From IMG/VR virus record IMGVR_UViG_3300028591_000074, positions 189,528-253,527 of that record: a stretch of DNA of 64,000 nucleotides, one strand, 5' to 3'. Position 1 is the stretch's first letter; each line of letters starts with the position of its first letter. Shown here in pieces: positions 1 through 11,500 of this stretch. The translations under genes were made by a program, and so were the position numbers. The notes beneath the pieces are model-generated. The model was not told where the DNA came from and did no database searches. It saw only the letters and a list, made by a program, of their open reading frames with translations. Source of the DNA: a virus. Lineage: Duplodnaviria; Caudoviricetes.

Positions 1-225
1 TGCAATACTGGATTGAAAATCGCTCGGTGTACTTTGCCCACGTACAGGGAATGATTTACCTGCAAGACCGGAACTAATACCCATAGCAACCATAGTTGCA
101 GCACACCAATCACTATGGACACCAGTAGTTGGACCAACCCAATCTTCTCTACTTTCACCCATATGAGAACTAAGTGTATTTATTGCAACATTTGCAGGAT
201 GTAATGGATTTGAAATATCATACAT
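1..225 (-). CDS. CHAP-like cell wall hydrolase, N-terminal part (runs off the window)
   Basis: Manual translation MYDISNPLHP...HSDWCAATM...; WCA motif typical of CHAP; directly downstream of the amidase/NlpC gene. Confidence 0.55.
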   Translation of the reverse strand, partial: MYDISNPLHPANVAINTLSSHMGESREDWVGPTTGVHSDWCAATMVAMGISSGLAGKSFPVRGQSTPSDFQSSIA

Positions 226-231
226 AATTCA

Positions 232-2319
232 TCACTTCTTCCAGTTATCAATTATATTTACAATTCGGTCACAACCGGAATATACCTTTGTTTTACGAAC
301 ACCCAGATTTTCATTTGCGGCTTCAATAAGTTCATTATTCCCAAGGTACATAGCAACATGGTGTGGATAGTGCATTACGTCCCCCGGTTGTGCCTGTTCT
401 AAAGTAACAACTTTTCCAAAGGATGTTGTAAGTGTAGTTCTTGCACCGGATAAATTCATACCAAAATGTTTATATACTGCGCAGATAAAGCCGGAACAAT
501 CGAAACCATCCCCAGGCTTTGTACCCATAGCACCCCAAACATAAGGTGAACCAATAAACTCTAAGGAATAAGTCACTAATTGTTCTCTTAAAGTTTTTCC
601 CTTTGTATTCTGTGTAACTACGGATGCATTATTCATTGTCACAAGTTGATTTGTTGCAACAACACCGTCCTCCGGCTTTGTTCCATCTACATCAAATAAG
701 GATGGATCTAATAAATTATCAAGTACAGATAAATCTTTTACATGGTCAACTAAATACAGATAAAATTCATCTTGCCATTTATCCCACGATATATTATTTA
801 ATGTATTTCTGGAACATATCAATCCCATCCTACCGCTAAATCCTAAATCGGATAATGAAGTATTGTACTGTGTTAACAATGAATCATTTAATTTCTTGCT
901 ATTTCCAAAACTTGATATATCCAACCATGCACCAAACTTAGGTGGATGCCTATATAATTGATATTGAAAATAATCGATTTCTGTTTTGGCATCTGCTACA
1001 GTTTTTGCTCTGCATACCGTATACAATCCGTATTCTATTTTAGAAGACTCTAATTTTGATAATTGCTTTTCTAAGTCAGGATTATCGAACTTTTGCGTTC
1101 GCTTCCCCTTAGAATCAAATCTATATCCGGCTTCCACGATTGCACTAACAACACCGAGATTAACCAAATGCTTATAATTAACTTCTGCACCCCTACCGAA
1201 CATAGCAACATATGGATCAAAGTTTGTAGGATTCAGATTTAATGATTCTACAAGATTAATCCCACCAGATAGCCTTGATGCCTGTGCAATAATTGTTCCA
1301 TACAATTCCTTATTTGTATTTGTATCATACTGTAGCCCATCCGTAGTAACATATGTGGATAGTATGGATGAATAGGCATCTATGTATCCAACACCTGTCA
1401 TAAGATTTTTCTGTATAGACTTATTGAAGGATACAATATCTTTATTTGTTACATTCTTATATCCACCATCACCAACAGGTGTTATAGAGGTGAAGTAAAT
1501 TGCACACCCAACGGATATACATACGGCAACAAGTTCGTTTATCTTATTTGCATATTCCTTAGGTTTTATCGTAGTTGTATCAAGCCAACTACCCATAATA
1601 CATACTGCGGAATTATTGTCAATAGAATTGGCAAATGGTAATGTAGATGATAACCAAGTGCATGTTGCACCTTTATGTGTGAACCATAGATTCAAATCTG
1701 TGCCAACTACATTATGTAATTTTGTTGTTCGCTCATCACCAACAAATATAATCTTCCTCATATTATTTCTATCCACACCAAGTTGTGTGTTAACTACGGT
1801 AACAATATCGGAAAGATTATTTTCTACCCAAGTTCCTGGATCTTTCTTCTTTGAATTAAACCATTTATGTATTAGAATATTCTGTTTTGCTACAGATCCA
1901 CCAGAACCGGACTTTACACCATAGTCCTTATCATCAAGCCACTTTAGTTCTTTTATATTATTCCGAATACAAATATCCACTAATAAATCTTGAAGTGCCT
2001 TTACAGATGCGTTACTAAGTGGATAGGGTGATTGATCCGTAGATGCAGAAATCTGTATTGCAATAGACCGATTATCACCACCAGTACTTGATAGAGACAT
2101 AGCAGCATTGGATTCATCTACAAATACTGCAATATTTCCCTTTACATCAATACCATAATGGCATGATGATTTATTCTTTGGATCTTTATAGATTTTACCC
2201 ATACTATCCAATGATAATACAGAACATGGACAATGAATGGATATAGCATCTATATCACGTTTTCTTTCTGTATAGTTTGGTGAGATAATTGCTTTCTTTG
2301 CTAAACTACTATATGCCAT
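232..2319 (-). CDS. Multidomain peptidoglycan hydrolase (amidase_2-like + SGNH-like + GH25-like + NlpC/P60)
   Basis: SIHC..SCHYGID..IHKWF (amidase); IFVGD..DGLQY (degenerate SGNH); YVWG..FDCSGF..HHVAMY..IEAA (NlpC/P60). Confidence 0.75.
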   Translation of the reverse strand: MAYSSLAKKAIISPNYTERKRDIDAISIHCPCSVLSLDSMGKIYKDPKNKSSCHYGIDVKGNIAVFVDESNAAMSLSSTGGDNRSIAIQISASTDQSPYPLSNASVKALQDLLVDICIRNNIKELKWLDDKDYGVKSGSGGSVAKQNILIHKWFNSKKKDPGTWVENNLSDIVTVVNTQLGVDRNNMRKIIFVGDERTTKLHNVVGTDLNLWFTHKGATCTWLSSTLPFANSIDNNSAVCIMGSWLDTTTIKPKEYANKINELVAVCISVGCAIYFTSITPVGDGGYKNVTNKDIVSFNKSIQKNLMTGVGYIDAYSSILSTYVTTDGLQYDTNTNKELYGTIIAQASRLSGGINLVESLNLNPTNFDPYVAMFGRGAEVNYKHLVNLGVVSAIVEAGYRFDSKGKRTQKFDNPDLEKQLSKLESSKIEYGLYTVCRAKTVADAKTEIDYFQYQLYRHPPKFGAWLDISSFGNSKKLNDSLLTQYNTSLSDLGFSGRMGLICSRNTLNNISWDKWQDEFYLYLVDHVKDLSVLDNLLDPSLFDVDGTKPEDGVVATNQLVTMNNASVVTQNTKGKTLREQLVTYSLEFIGSPYVWGAMGTKPGDGFDCSGFICAVYKHFGMNLSGARTTLTTSFGKVVTLEQAQPGDVMHYPHHVAMYLGNNELIEAANENLGVRKTKVYSGCDRIVNIIDNWKK

Positions 2320-2321
2320 AA

Positions 2322-2840
2322 CTATTCACCTGAATTGTCGGTCATTTCTGATAATGTAGACTCATCCACCGGAGCATCCCAATCAGATATGTAATCTTCT
2401 TTATACGCATATTCATACTTTGTCTGCAAGCCACCGTAAATTAAAAGATTTGCATCTGCCTTATACCAAGTTTCCTGCCCCAACCGGACTGGCCAATTCG
2501 ATACATCCTTTAAATACACTTCCACATGAACATACTTATCAACACTGCCTATGAAGAATTCTTTATCAAGCATATCATTCATATTCACTGTGACAGATTT
2601 CAATTGCTTATAGCATACGCAAAAAGACGAACCAGTTTGTACAACAACAGTTCGCCCTGAATTCTCAGAACCAATATAAACAACTCTGCCCTTATATGCG
2701 GTAAACACATTTGTTGCAGATATATCAAGTCCTGTATGAAATTTGCCTAACTTCTTATAATCTTCACTATTCTTATCCATTACGCATGGCTTAAGAATTT
2801 CGGAATCTTGCATTGTTATCGCACAGTTTGTGATAATCAT
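2322..2840 (-). CDS. M23 peptidase-like protein
   Basis: FHTGLDI and HVEV motifs. Confidence 0.55.
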   Translation of the reverse strand: MIITNCAITMQDSEILKPCVMDKNSEDYKKLGKFHTGLDISATNVFTAYKGRVVYIGSENSGRTVVVQTGSSFCVCYKQLKSVTVNMNDMLDKEFFIGSVDKYVHVEVYLKDVSNWPVRLGQETWYKADANLLIYGGLQTKYEYAYKEDYISDWDAPVDESTLSEMTDNSGE

Positions 2841-2854
2841 GAAAGTTACCTCAC

Positions 2855-4315
2855 TTAACTAAATTCGGATTGCATATGTTCGTAGGTTGGGAAAAGTGTT
2901 CCAAAATCTACTTTGTATTTTGATTTTATATTACTCGTAGGTACATAAGAATTTGATGGTGCTCCTTGTGAACTACCGGAAACAAAAATACCTTGTGCAG
3001 AAGCAACTTGATTTGCAGAGCTTGTTACAAGTCTTTGTAACTTTAATGTGGTTACAAAAGTTTCTCCGATAGAATGTCCTACGGAAATTATGTTATATAT
3101 TCCAGATACAGGTGACAGTGTATTTCCTGACATTACAAGTAATGAAACTGGCTGTGCAACATTATATTTCTTAACACTACCTGGAATAGTTACTTGAAAA
3201 TCACCGGAAAACTGAGTTGCAATTGCATTTAAATCATTGATGATATTCACCGTTTGGAATACATCAGACATAGACTGACTCCAACTGTTTACAACTTCAG
3301 CATCTTGAATAATTGTATTACCACTACCATCTACTGCAAAACCGACAGATGTAAAATTCATATCAGTCATGTTATATGCAACACCATTATAAGAACCAGA
3401 CAGTGTTAGGATATTTGTTTCGGATGTTCCATACTGTAATGTATCACGAAGTTGTGATACTGTAAGTCCTGCATTACTCTTATAATGAATTGTACCTTGG
3501 GAAGTCATTGTTGGTTCATCAATCCAATAGGAGAATGAAGAACATTGTGGTGTAAGATCAGTTAAACTCTTCTTCAAAAACTTTGTTATTGGTGACACAG
3601 TTACATTATTTATGACTTGACTTAACTTCTTTATCCCATTAACAAGTCCGGCGCAATCCCTTGAACCACTGTAAGATTTGGATAATTTAAGAAGTCCTGG
3701 GAATGTATCATAATCATCTTGCCCATTATATGTACCTCGAACATATTGATTGAAACTTGTAGTGAGCGCACCGTGAGTAATCAATGTTGGTGCATCATTA
3801 TGGTCTATATCCAAATTGTAATAAGTATCTGCCTTTACAGCCTTTGCTAAACCTTCAACTACTGCGGAAGGTTGAACAATTCCAGATAATTCAGGAATAC
3901 GAAGAACAGGTAAACTACTTTGTGTTGCCTGAGATGCATATCCAGAAATATCATAAGTCATATACAGACCGGATGTTGATACTTTAAACTGCAAAGTAAA
4001 CCCTTGATAAGATAAATATTCAGAAATATTCCCCTGTTCGTCTAACCAACCAAATGCAAAAGCTACAGGGATTCCAGATGAATTTGGGTATGCACTTGCA
4101 GCTTGTGCAGCTGAATATAATAGTGCTTCAAACGCTGCAACATTGGATTTCTTAGATGAATCACCACCAACAACAACTTTAAGATTCCATGAAGTAAAAC
4201 TTGCTATTTCACTATTGGAAAGTTCAAGTCTTGAAAATGGTGATGGTATCTCAAGGCCAAAATCTGTTAAAGATACATTTGCCAGTGCGAATGACACCCA
4301 TGCCTGTTTCTTCAT
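2855..4315 (-). CDS. Putative baseplate hub/tail protein
   Basis: 486 aa, beta-rich; C-terminal SGIYNIISVGHSI..FVTTLKL resembles hub proteins; tail operon context. Confidence 0.55.
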   Translation of the reverse strand: MKKQAWVSFALANVSLTDFGLEIPSPFSRLELSNSEIASFTSWNLKVVVGGDSSKKSNVAAFEALLYSAAQAASAYPNSSGIPVAFAFGWLDEQGNISEYLSYQGFTLQFKVSTSGLYMTYDISGYASQATQSSLPVLRIPELSGIVQPSAVVEGLAKAVKADTYYNLDIDHNDAPTLITHGALTTSFNQYVRGTYNGQDDYDTFPGLLKLSKSYSGSRDCAGLVNGIKKLSQVINNVTVSPITKFLKKSLTDLTPQCSSFSYWIDEPTMTSQGTIHYKSNAGLTVSQLRDTLQYGTSETNILTLSGSYNGVAYNMTDMNFTSVGFAVDGSGNTIIQDAEVVNSWSQSMSDVFQTVNIINDLNAIATQFSGDFQVTIPGSVKKYNVAQPVSLLVMSGNTLSPVSGIYNIISVGHSIGETFVTTLKLQRLVTSSANQVASAQGIFVSGSSQGAPSNSYVPTSNIKSKYKVDFGTLFPTYEHMQSEFS

Positions 4316-4325
4316 AAATAAACCT

Positions 4326-4901
4326 CTAAACTGTAGTTATAGGAACATTCATACATTTAATCAATTCATCTACAAGTTCCTGTGTTTTATCTGAAAATCT
4401 AAATTCATCCTTATGTTCTGTGTACCATGAAAGTGCAGTTGATTCAGGATTCTTATAAGAAAATGAGTGCCAATCACAAAGCATTTCGCAGATATAATCT
4501 AATGGCATATCCATAGGAACAATATCACCGGAATCTCTTACAAGTACCCAATATTGCCAATGATGGGGATTCACATGCTGATGATGTAACCAAGCAAGAT
4601 CAAAAGCAAGTTCATCATTATGGAAATCATCACCGTGTGGATAAAAATGGTTACAATATGGAATGAACTCCACATCTTCTAACTTAGAAAGATCGTGTTC
4701 ATTCACATGTGATTCTGCAAGATCGATAATATATTGTTCATATCCATTCTCAACCATGTATGGCTTCAATACATTATACCAAGACGACTTTACACCACCA
4801 ATATGATCGTTGAGATACTGATAATATTCATCTTTCCGTGGATTCATACATGTATCAACGGGTGTAAAATTTTTGAATTTTTTATGCTTTGTTATAATCA
4901 T
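4326..4901 (-). CDS. HD-like (DUF5662-type) protein
   Basis: HDLSK, HHQHVNPHHWQYW and EMLCDW motifs. Confidence 0.65.
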   Translation of the reverse strand: MIITKHKKFKNFTPVDTCMNPRKDEYYQYLNDHIGGVKSSWYNVLKPYMVENGYEQYIIDLAESHVNEHDLSKLEDVEFIPYCNHFYPHGDDFHNDELAFDLAWLHHQHVNPHHWQYWVLVRDSGDIVPMDMPLDYICEMLCDWHSFSYKNPESTALSWYTEHKDEFRFSDKTQELVDELIKCMNVPITTV

Positions 4902-4904
4902 ATG

Positions 4905-5330
4905 TTACTCCGTTCCAAGGTTCAAAGTCAGTGGGCTTACACTTGCTAAACACTCACCCTTGTCAAATAGCTGAGTGATATTCTTAGGTATAATAAGTTT
5001 TTGTCCCGGTCTTGCGGTGAATCCATCTTGAATACCATTCACATAGGCAATTATCCAAGCATATTGTGCTGAACCAAGTAGTTTGTATGCAATCAAATCT
5101 AATCGGTTAGATTCACTTTGAGGTACTTCATAGTAGTTTACTTCAATATGAGTTTCAAATGGATTCGGTGTTTCTAAAGCAATAAAACGATTCTCAGGAT
5201 TTTGTGGATTGTTTATTACTTGTCGAAGCCTACGGTATCTGCATATATGATTGAAATCTCTGCATACACCATATTGAATACCTTCATGTTCTATAATTTG
5301 ATATGGTTCTAATGTATTGTAAAACTTCAT
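4905..5330 (-). CDS. LysM-like baseplate wedge protein
   Basis: RLDLIAYKLLG..WIIAYVN..GQKLIIP. Confidence 0.7.
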   Translation of the reverse strand: MKFYNTLEPYQIIEHEGIQYGVCRDFNHICRYRRLRQVINNPQNPENRFIALETPNPFETHIEVNYYEVPQSESNRLDLIAYKLLGSAQYAWIIAYVNGIQDGFTARPGQKLIIPKNITQLFDKGECLASVSPLTLNLGTE

Positions 5331-5380
5331 CTAAATCTTAGCAGGATACCCAAACTTCTATAAGTCTGGGAGAAATGCGG

Positions 5381-6628
5381 TTAAGCAGTACCCTGTATTC
5401 TCCTTTCCGTTAAATAACTATTAGGCGTATACAGATATTTTAATTTCTTACAACTGATACTGCCTTTGTTTACCTTATCCCCATGTAGATTTCTTATATC
5501 AAAAAATCCACTGGCTCTTCTTCCAAAAACAAAATACTCTTTACCATCAAAACCTACCCTATCGAATAACCGGAATCCCTTTACCATATATTCAGCCTGA
5601 TTACGATTGCGTATGCCACCTTTATTGATCGTACACTTATGTATCTGTCTGTTATGACAACGTACTTTCTTTTGGAAAAATACTACACCTTCTGATATAG
5701 CAGCAGGATTTCCACTGATACATCTTGCATCTACATAATGTTCCTTAGGCAACGAATTCTCAATTCGCGTATTTTTTGTTATATAACCATATGTGAGACT
5801 CACATTAGAATATAATTCTTTTAATCGGTTATAGAAAGCCCACCGCATGATCCCCATGAATGTAGCATCTTTAAATACCATACCTCTTCTTATGGTCTTG
5901 GGAAGCTTGACCGCTCCGCTATGATAGCCTTTATGACATGTCTCGCATAGGGTAATAAGGTTGTTCGGGGCATTTCCACCTGTCTTACGGCTCTCTATAT
6001 GATGTACATTTAGTATCTTGTCTTTTGACTTACCTTTGCAACACTGACATGTATGACCGTCACGGAATAGTACATATTCCCTTACGTTCCAGAAGTTGAG
6101 CTGTTCACCTCGCTGATATCCTTCTCCAGAGATATCAGGATTCTTGATTTTCTGAATATCAAAAGAAGCTACCTCAACAACGATCTTAGATATCGGAAGT
6201 ATCTTATATGCGTCCTTTACCGCCCGCAGATGTGTATCAACCTTATTCTGAACAGAAGGTGCAAGCCAGCCGTCAGGTCTTCGTCTGTTATCAAAACGTG
6301 CTTTGCGATACCTGGTTTTACGGTTTCTACGGCTTCTTCGCTGTTCTCTTCGTGTGGAAAGCAGTTTTACTATATCGTTTCGCAACTCTACATCAGCCTC
6401 ATAAAGAACTTTAGTTTCTGTAGTTGCTGAAATGCCGATATGTTTACTTCCAGCATCAACACCGAGAAAAACATTTTGTGTATGAATCGAACTCTTGTAC
6501 ATTAGTTGAATCGTAAACGGGCATCTCTTAATGACTCTTGCCTTATTAGTATTAAGCAATCTCCGAACTTTGCCGTATCTTTCCGTAGGCATAAGTGGAT
6601 GTCCTGCTATATCTAGTACGTATACCAT
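5381..6628 (-). CDS. iscB: RNA-guided endonuclease IscB
   Basis: PLMP, RuvC-I LGVDAGSKHIG, Arg-rich bridge helix, HNH (CQCC..HHI..NLITLCETCH), HYVDA. Confidence 0.93.
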   Translation of the reverse strand: MVYVLDIAGHPLMPTERYGKVRRLLNTNKARVIKRCPFTIQLMYKSSIHTQNVFLGVDAGSKHIGISATTETKVLYEADVELRNDIVKLLSTRREQRRSRRNRKTRYRKARFDNRRRPDGWLAPSVQNKVDTHLRAVKDAYKILPISKIVVEVASFDIQKIKNPDISGEGYQRGEQLNFWNVREYVLFRDGHTCQCCKGKSKDKILNVHHIESRKTGGNAPNNLITLCETCHKGYHSGAVKLPKTIRRGMVFKDATFMGIMRWAFYNRLKELYSNVSLTYGYITKNTRIENSLPKEHYVDARCISGNPAAISEGVVFFQKKVRCHNRQIHKCTINKGGIRNRNQAEYMVKGFRLFDRVGFDGKEYFVFGRRASGFFDIRNLHGDKVNKGSISCKKLKYLYTPNSYLTERRIQGTA

Positions 6629-6639
6629 TTTGATACGGC

Positions 6640-6925
6640 CCCTTTCGTAAGATTTGATATGTTTTTCGCTATAAGCCGGTACATATAGACCGTAATGCAG
6701 CCTTCGCCAATGTTATTGTGAGGTTTGTACGTAAGCAACACTGTTCCTACCCATCAGAACTGTTTAATCACTTACCTTAGAGCTACAGATTAGGCTGTAC
6801 GTCCGTAGGTAACTATATATTCTCACATAACGTAGTTCTCAAAGAACTTAGGCTAGTCAATAAAGGCTTTTCAAGTCCCAACTTCTAAAATAGCGAAGCT
6901 ATTTTAGAAGTGGTGGGTTATTGAC
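6640..6925 (-). ncRNA. omegaRNA scaffold of IscB
   Basis: About 290-nt structured non-coding stretch directly upstream of iscB; GTCAATAA...TTATTGAC long-range stem; TTCTAAAATAGC-TTC-GCTATTTTAGAA hairpin. Confidence 0.8.
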
Positions 6926-6929
6926 ACTA

Positions 6930-7940
6930 TCACCTACCAATCAATGGTAAATTCTTAACTACACTATAGTTCAGCGGTTCATTCGATACTTCTGTAATCT
7001 GTAAATCTAACTTGCATTCAAGCCACCAACCATCAAGTCCTATTGGACCGCTCCATGTTGTATTTACATCTGTTAATATTCCACGAATAGAAACTTTACC
7101 GTGAATGAATAATGTTACGATTGCAGTATCTACCGCAGAACCCCTATATTCTGGATAACAATTTGCTTCACAGAATCGAATTAAATCATTTGCCTTCCCA
7201 TCTCTATGGTCGCCTGTCCACATATCTCTATGGAAATGGAAGGAATATGTTTGTGTTCTTGGTCCAGATTTCGTATAGATTTGCCAAGGCTCATATTGAT
7301 AAAGCATGTCAGGCATCGTTGTATATTCTGCTTTTCTACTATCAGAAAGTTCTTCAGGATATACTGGAAAATCTCTTGTATTTCCGTAAATGGATGTTTG
7401 TAGTGTTACTTCACCCCATGGGATATGGAATATCTGCATTGGGTTTGGATTTAGTATTGCATTTAACATATCTAAGTCTGAACTAGATCTGTTTGCATAT
7501 GCAACTTCATTAAAAATAGATGGGTCAACCTCATTTGTGTTATATAATGAATTTGAAACCTGTTTGAATATTCCCTGTGAAACCGGAACACCATCACCAA
7601 GTACATCTTCAGAACTCGGTAAATAAATTGTGTCTGGTACTTTAATTGTCCCAGGAAGTACATTCCGTGCAGAAGTAAGTTTCCAACCATCAACATCCAT
7701 AAGTGCAGCTTTTTGGAATATATCTGTATCTGATGTCATAGAACTAAGAATAGATATCTTCCTAGATGCAGAAACTGGTTCAGATTCAGCAACAATCGCA
7801 TTGCAGGATTCTATGTATGCTTCACCAACATTTGGAACTCTCTGCATATTATTTACATGCAAAAACGAATTTAAATCAGAACCAAGTCGATCTGACAATT
7901 CAGTTAATGTTGTAGATTTATCTATTTCCAAAAATTGCAT
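6930..7940 (-). CDS. Putative tail tube initiator/baseplate protein
   Basis: FPVYPEELSD..YTKSGPR..F.FHRD pattern typical of contractile-tail proteins; context. Confidence 0.55.
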   Translation of the reverse strand: MQFLEIDKSTTLTELSDRLGSDLNSFLHVNNMQRVPNVGEAYIESCNAIVAESEPVSASRKISILSSMTSDTDIFQKAALMDVDGWKLTSARNVLPGTIKVPDTIYLPSSEDVLGDGVPVSQGIFKQVSNSLYNTNEVDPSIFNEVAYANRSSSDLDMLNAILNPNPMQIFHIPWGEVTLQTSIYGNTRDFPVYPEELSDSRKAEYTTMPDMLYQYEPWQIYTKSGPRTQTYSFHFHRDMWTGDHRDGKANDLIRFCEANCYPEYRGSAVDTAIVTLFIHGKVSIRGILTDVNTTWSGPIGLDGWWLECKLDLQITEVSNEPLNYSVVKNLPLIGR

Positions 7941-7962
7941 CTAAATCACCATCCAGCACATA

Positions 7963-8517
7963 TCACGAATTTAAGGCTTTGAGCCTAAGTGATTTTATAA
8001 CATGTGGCTCACCAAACATTGTTGGTGGCCTGTGTTTTCTCTGTTCCAATGTAAGTTTAGTCAGCCATCCTACACTCTCGTTATAGCAAGCAATCGAACT
8101 CTTTGCATCAAATTCATCATATAAGTTATCTGTCCCAAGTAAAACAAACAAATCGTGCTTATCTTTCTGTTCAGAAGTATCACTTATTACGAAACCAAGC
8201 ATATAACTATATACCCAATTCGGAAGTTTATAATCTGTTTCTGTGCTAATCTTTAAATTGTGGATATGATATGCAATTTCCAAAATCAAAGTTTTATAAG
8301 CATCAGACAATGAATCATCAAGTAATGGGAAGTTATAGGTAAAGTAGTTTATCTTTGTATGTATAAAATCATAGTAACCAGATTCTGGGTTGTCCGGATC
8401 ATACTTGTATGGGAAAAACCCATCACACATCTCCGCATCTGAAATTAGATGCGGAGGATAATCTGGAAGATAACCTAATCTTGAAAGTCTAATTTTCACT
8501 AAATCATGTATAAACAT
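7963..8517 (-). CDS. Hypothetical protein (tail operon)
   Basis: 184-aa ORF, tightly packed in the operon. Confidence 0.6.
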   Translation of the reverse strand: MFIHDLVKIRLSRLGYLPDYPPHLISDAEMCDGFFPYKYDPDNPESGYYDFIHTKINYFTYNFPLLDDSLSDAYKTLILEIAYHIHNLKISTETDYKLPNWVYSYMLGFVISDTSEQKDKHDLFVLLGTDNLYDEFDAKSSIACYNESVGWLTKLTLEQRKHRPPTMFGEPHVIKSLRLKALNS

Positions 8518-8530
8518 TCGTTTAGTTCCT

Positions 8531-11500
8531 TTACTCTATTGATCCACCATAGAAGATGTGTGGTGTATTTAAGTCCCAACAATCTACACCCTCACCAACT
8601 ACAACACCGCTAATCTGTGATACATAGTAAGCATTTGTGCAGAAAGCGATTGAGCCACCTACTTCACTGATAGGTGAATTGTATTTCTGTGTAAGTGCAG
8701 AGAAATCAGTTTCCTTTACAATATACTTATTATCAGAAGTGCTATAATAGCAAGATACAAATGATCCAGATACTTTCAATTGATGAACCATCTTATTTGC
8801 CGGATACTGAAGTCCTGCGCTCTGCGGTAATGTGAATGATGCTCTAAACAGTGCATGATCTGTAATATCTACATTCATTGTAGAAGAATCACCTACAATC
8901 ATACCGAAGTTTATGATTGTACCATCACTTGCAAATGTGATAGACCGAAGTGCATAGGAATAATGGTTGTCATTCGGATTATATTCATCCCAAGGATCAA
9001 TTGCATCATCTCTGGAAACATCCCCAAGTAAAGTTACAGTCATACCATCTACCTGCAAGTTAGGTGAACTGGAGTCTGACAAATCTTGTTGATACCAAAG
9101 AGATAAGTTCTGTACCCCATCCAATGGTGTATAACTAAGTACGTTTGCGTTATAGTACAGATTTACATTCTTCAGCATAATGGTTGGACTACCTTGAATG
9201 GAATCATCAATTCTAAGCATATCACAGTTCTCAAATAAAATTGTAGCCTCACTTGTAGCAGAGCCATGTAGATGTACATACAGTGAACTATTTGCTCTGG
9301 AGCCTACATCATGGATATGAAGTACGTATGGATCTGTTGTACTTGGAAGTTCAATTGTAATTTCAATTACATGTGGATCTTTTGTGGTGTAAGTTCCAGT
9401 AGTCGGATCAGTAAAGTTATTTCTCTGCGTTGCATTTGGATAACATATTCTGTCATTTACAGATTCATCCAAAGCATCTTGAATACCATTTGCATCCAGA
9501 CCAGAACCAATCTCATCAATGTCCTGCCCAAGTTGTTGGGCTTCAATACCCATAAGCAGAAGATTGAAGTCTATGATTCGAAGATGACCATCTTCATCTA
9601 ATGCTACATATCCTTCACCGTAGGCATCATCCGGTGCATCTAAGAAACCACCAACGGATTCTTGTGTTGCAAGATGAATTCCACCTGTTAAAACAATCGG
9701 CGGTTTTATATATTCTAACTGTAATTCAGTAGATGTTGGTGTATAGAAAACTGCTATGTATTCTTGCGTATTTGTTGTTGTATCTATTGGTGATTTATAA
9801 ATTTCAACGAAATAATCATGATTTACTAGACCACAATAATTTGTATATGTAAATAAATCTGGGTCTGCATCCTCTAAAGAACTAATGTCTATGCTACCCA
9901 ATTCTGCACCACCTGCAAGACTTTGTGGAACTGTGTGCCTTGCAATGTTAAGTTCTTGTTTATAAACATCTTTATTTGATGTATGAAGTGTTATTTCTAC
10001 AGTCCCAACAAGTCCTACAGTCAGAATTTTACCATAATTTACTACATACATTGTGGATGGCTGTGTTCCATCAGGTTCCGCCATAGTTCCATCTTGACCA
10101 ACCAATACATAGTCACCAGGACTCCAAATGGATGTTGTAAGTACACGTTGTTCATCCATCAGTCGTTCTACTTCAAGTCGAATATAGGTTTCAATACTTG
10201 AAGTAATATTATTTAATTTATTTACACAAGAATTTAATGTAGACTTACAGGATGATAATGTACTAATTAAGTTAGTAATATCGTTTATATATGTTGTTAT
10301 GTCTGTGCAATATGTTTTAATAGTACCAGTTTCGGTATCAATGTCACCACATATGTCACGAATATGTCCAACATTCGCAATTACATGGTCACGAAGACTC
10401 TCTGTATACTTTCTTGCAGACGCACTTGGACCTAATATATCTGATTCTGCTTTCTCTAAAATACCGATAATTCCATCAGTAGATGAATATGATCCTGTAC
10501 CAAGAATAGCATCCCGTACTGCGGTTATACCACTTTTTGCATTAGCAATATCCGGTGTAGGTTCTTCCAATCTAGCAATTGCAGTAGTTAAAGATGTTGC
10601 ACATCCAGGCAAATCAGGAACACCTGTAGTTTCTGTAGCAACTGAATTTATCCTATTATAGGCTGACTGAAGTTTTGCATCTAATTTATAATAATCAGAA
10701 GATGTAGCAGTTGTAGAAAGTACAGATTCAATATTTGCCAAATACTGATCAATATCCGGTGCAGATGTGGAATTTTGCAAATCTGCACGAATATTATCAA
10801 TTGCAGTGTTAATATCTGTTAATTTCCCAGCAATATTATTCTTCAAAGTAAGAAGTTTTCTGTTTAATGCAGAGTTACCGCTAGAAGCATATAATTGATT
10901 TTCAACACCAACAATATCAGATGTAATATCCGCTATAATTTGTGAAGCATCATACTGATCTACAGAACCATCCCCAACTGGAATTGGTGGTAATTCATCT
11001 GTACTACTAATTGCTGGAATATACTGACGCATCTTACCATTTGGAATACGGTAATAGTGGTCAGTCATATATTCAATATGCTTAATACGGTTGGTATATT
11101 CCGGTGTAACTACGCCACCTGAATTATCATTAAATGTAGCAGATGGAAGTGAATATACTTTATCTGGAAAGTACAGATTATTTCCATACTGATCTATTGC
11201 ACCATCAATCTGCTTATGAGGTACAACTAAAGTTGTCTTATGGGTATCACCGTTATATTCAAAATGTGCTACATTAGAATGTGGTTCATTTGGCTTAAGT
11301 CTAGGATCTGAATCCCAAATCATTAAACTGTCATCTGCAAGACACCAAGTATCTTTGTTGTCATCCGTTGTTCCTTTTCCAGCAAATACATATAAATGGT
11401 GTGGATCAAGTCCGGTCTTACTCAGATACTGGTCGGACAGTGATGAACTAATATCACCAATTCTGGATGCATCAAGAATCTTAACCTTATCCAAATTGTC

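Larger units (their letters stand above)
5340..6925 (-). mobile_element. IscB (IS200/IS605 OMEGA) element
   Basis: Begins GTCAATAACCC 4 nt after the stop of the upstream tail gene; terminal hairpin CCCAGACTT-ATAG-AAGTTTGGG after iscB; right boundary approximate. Confidence 0.8.
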
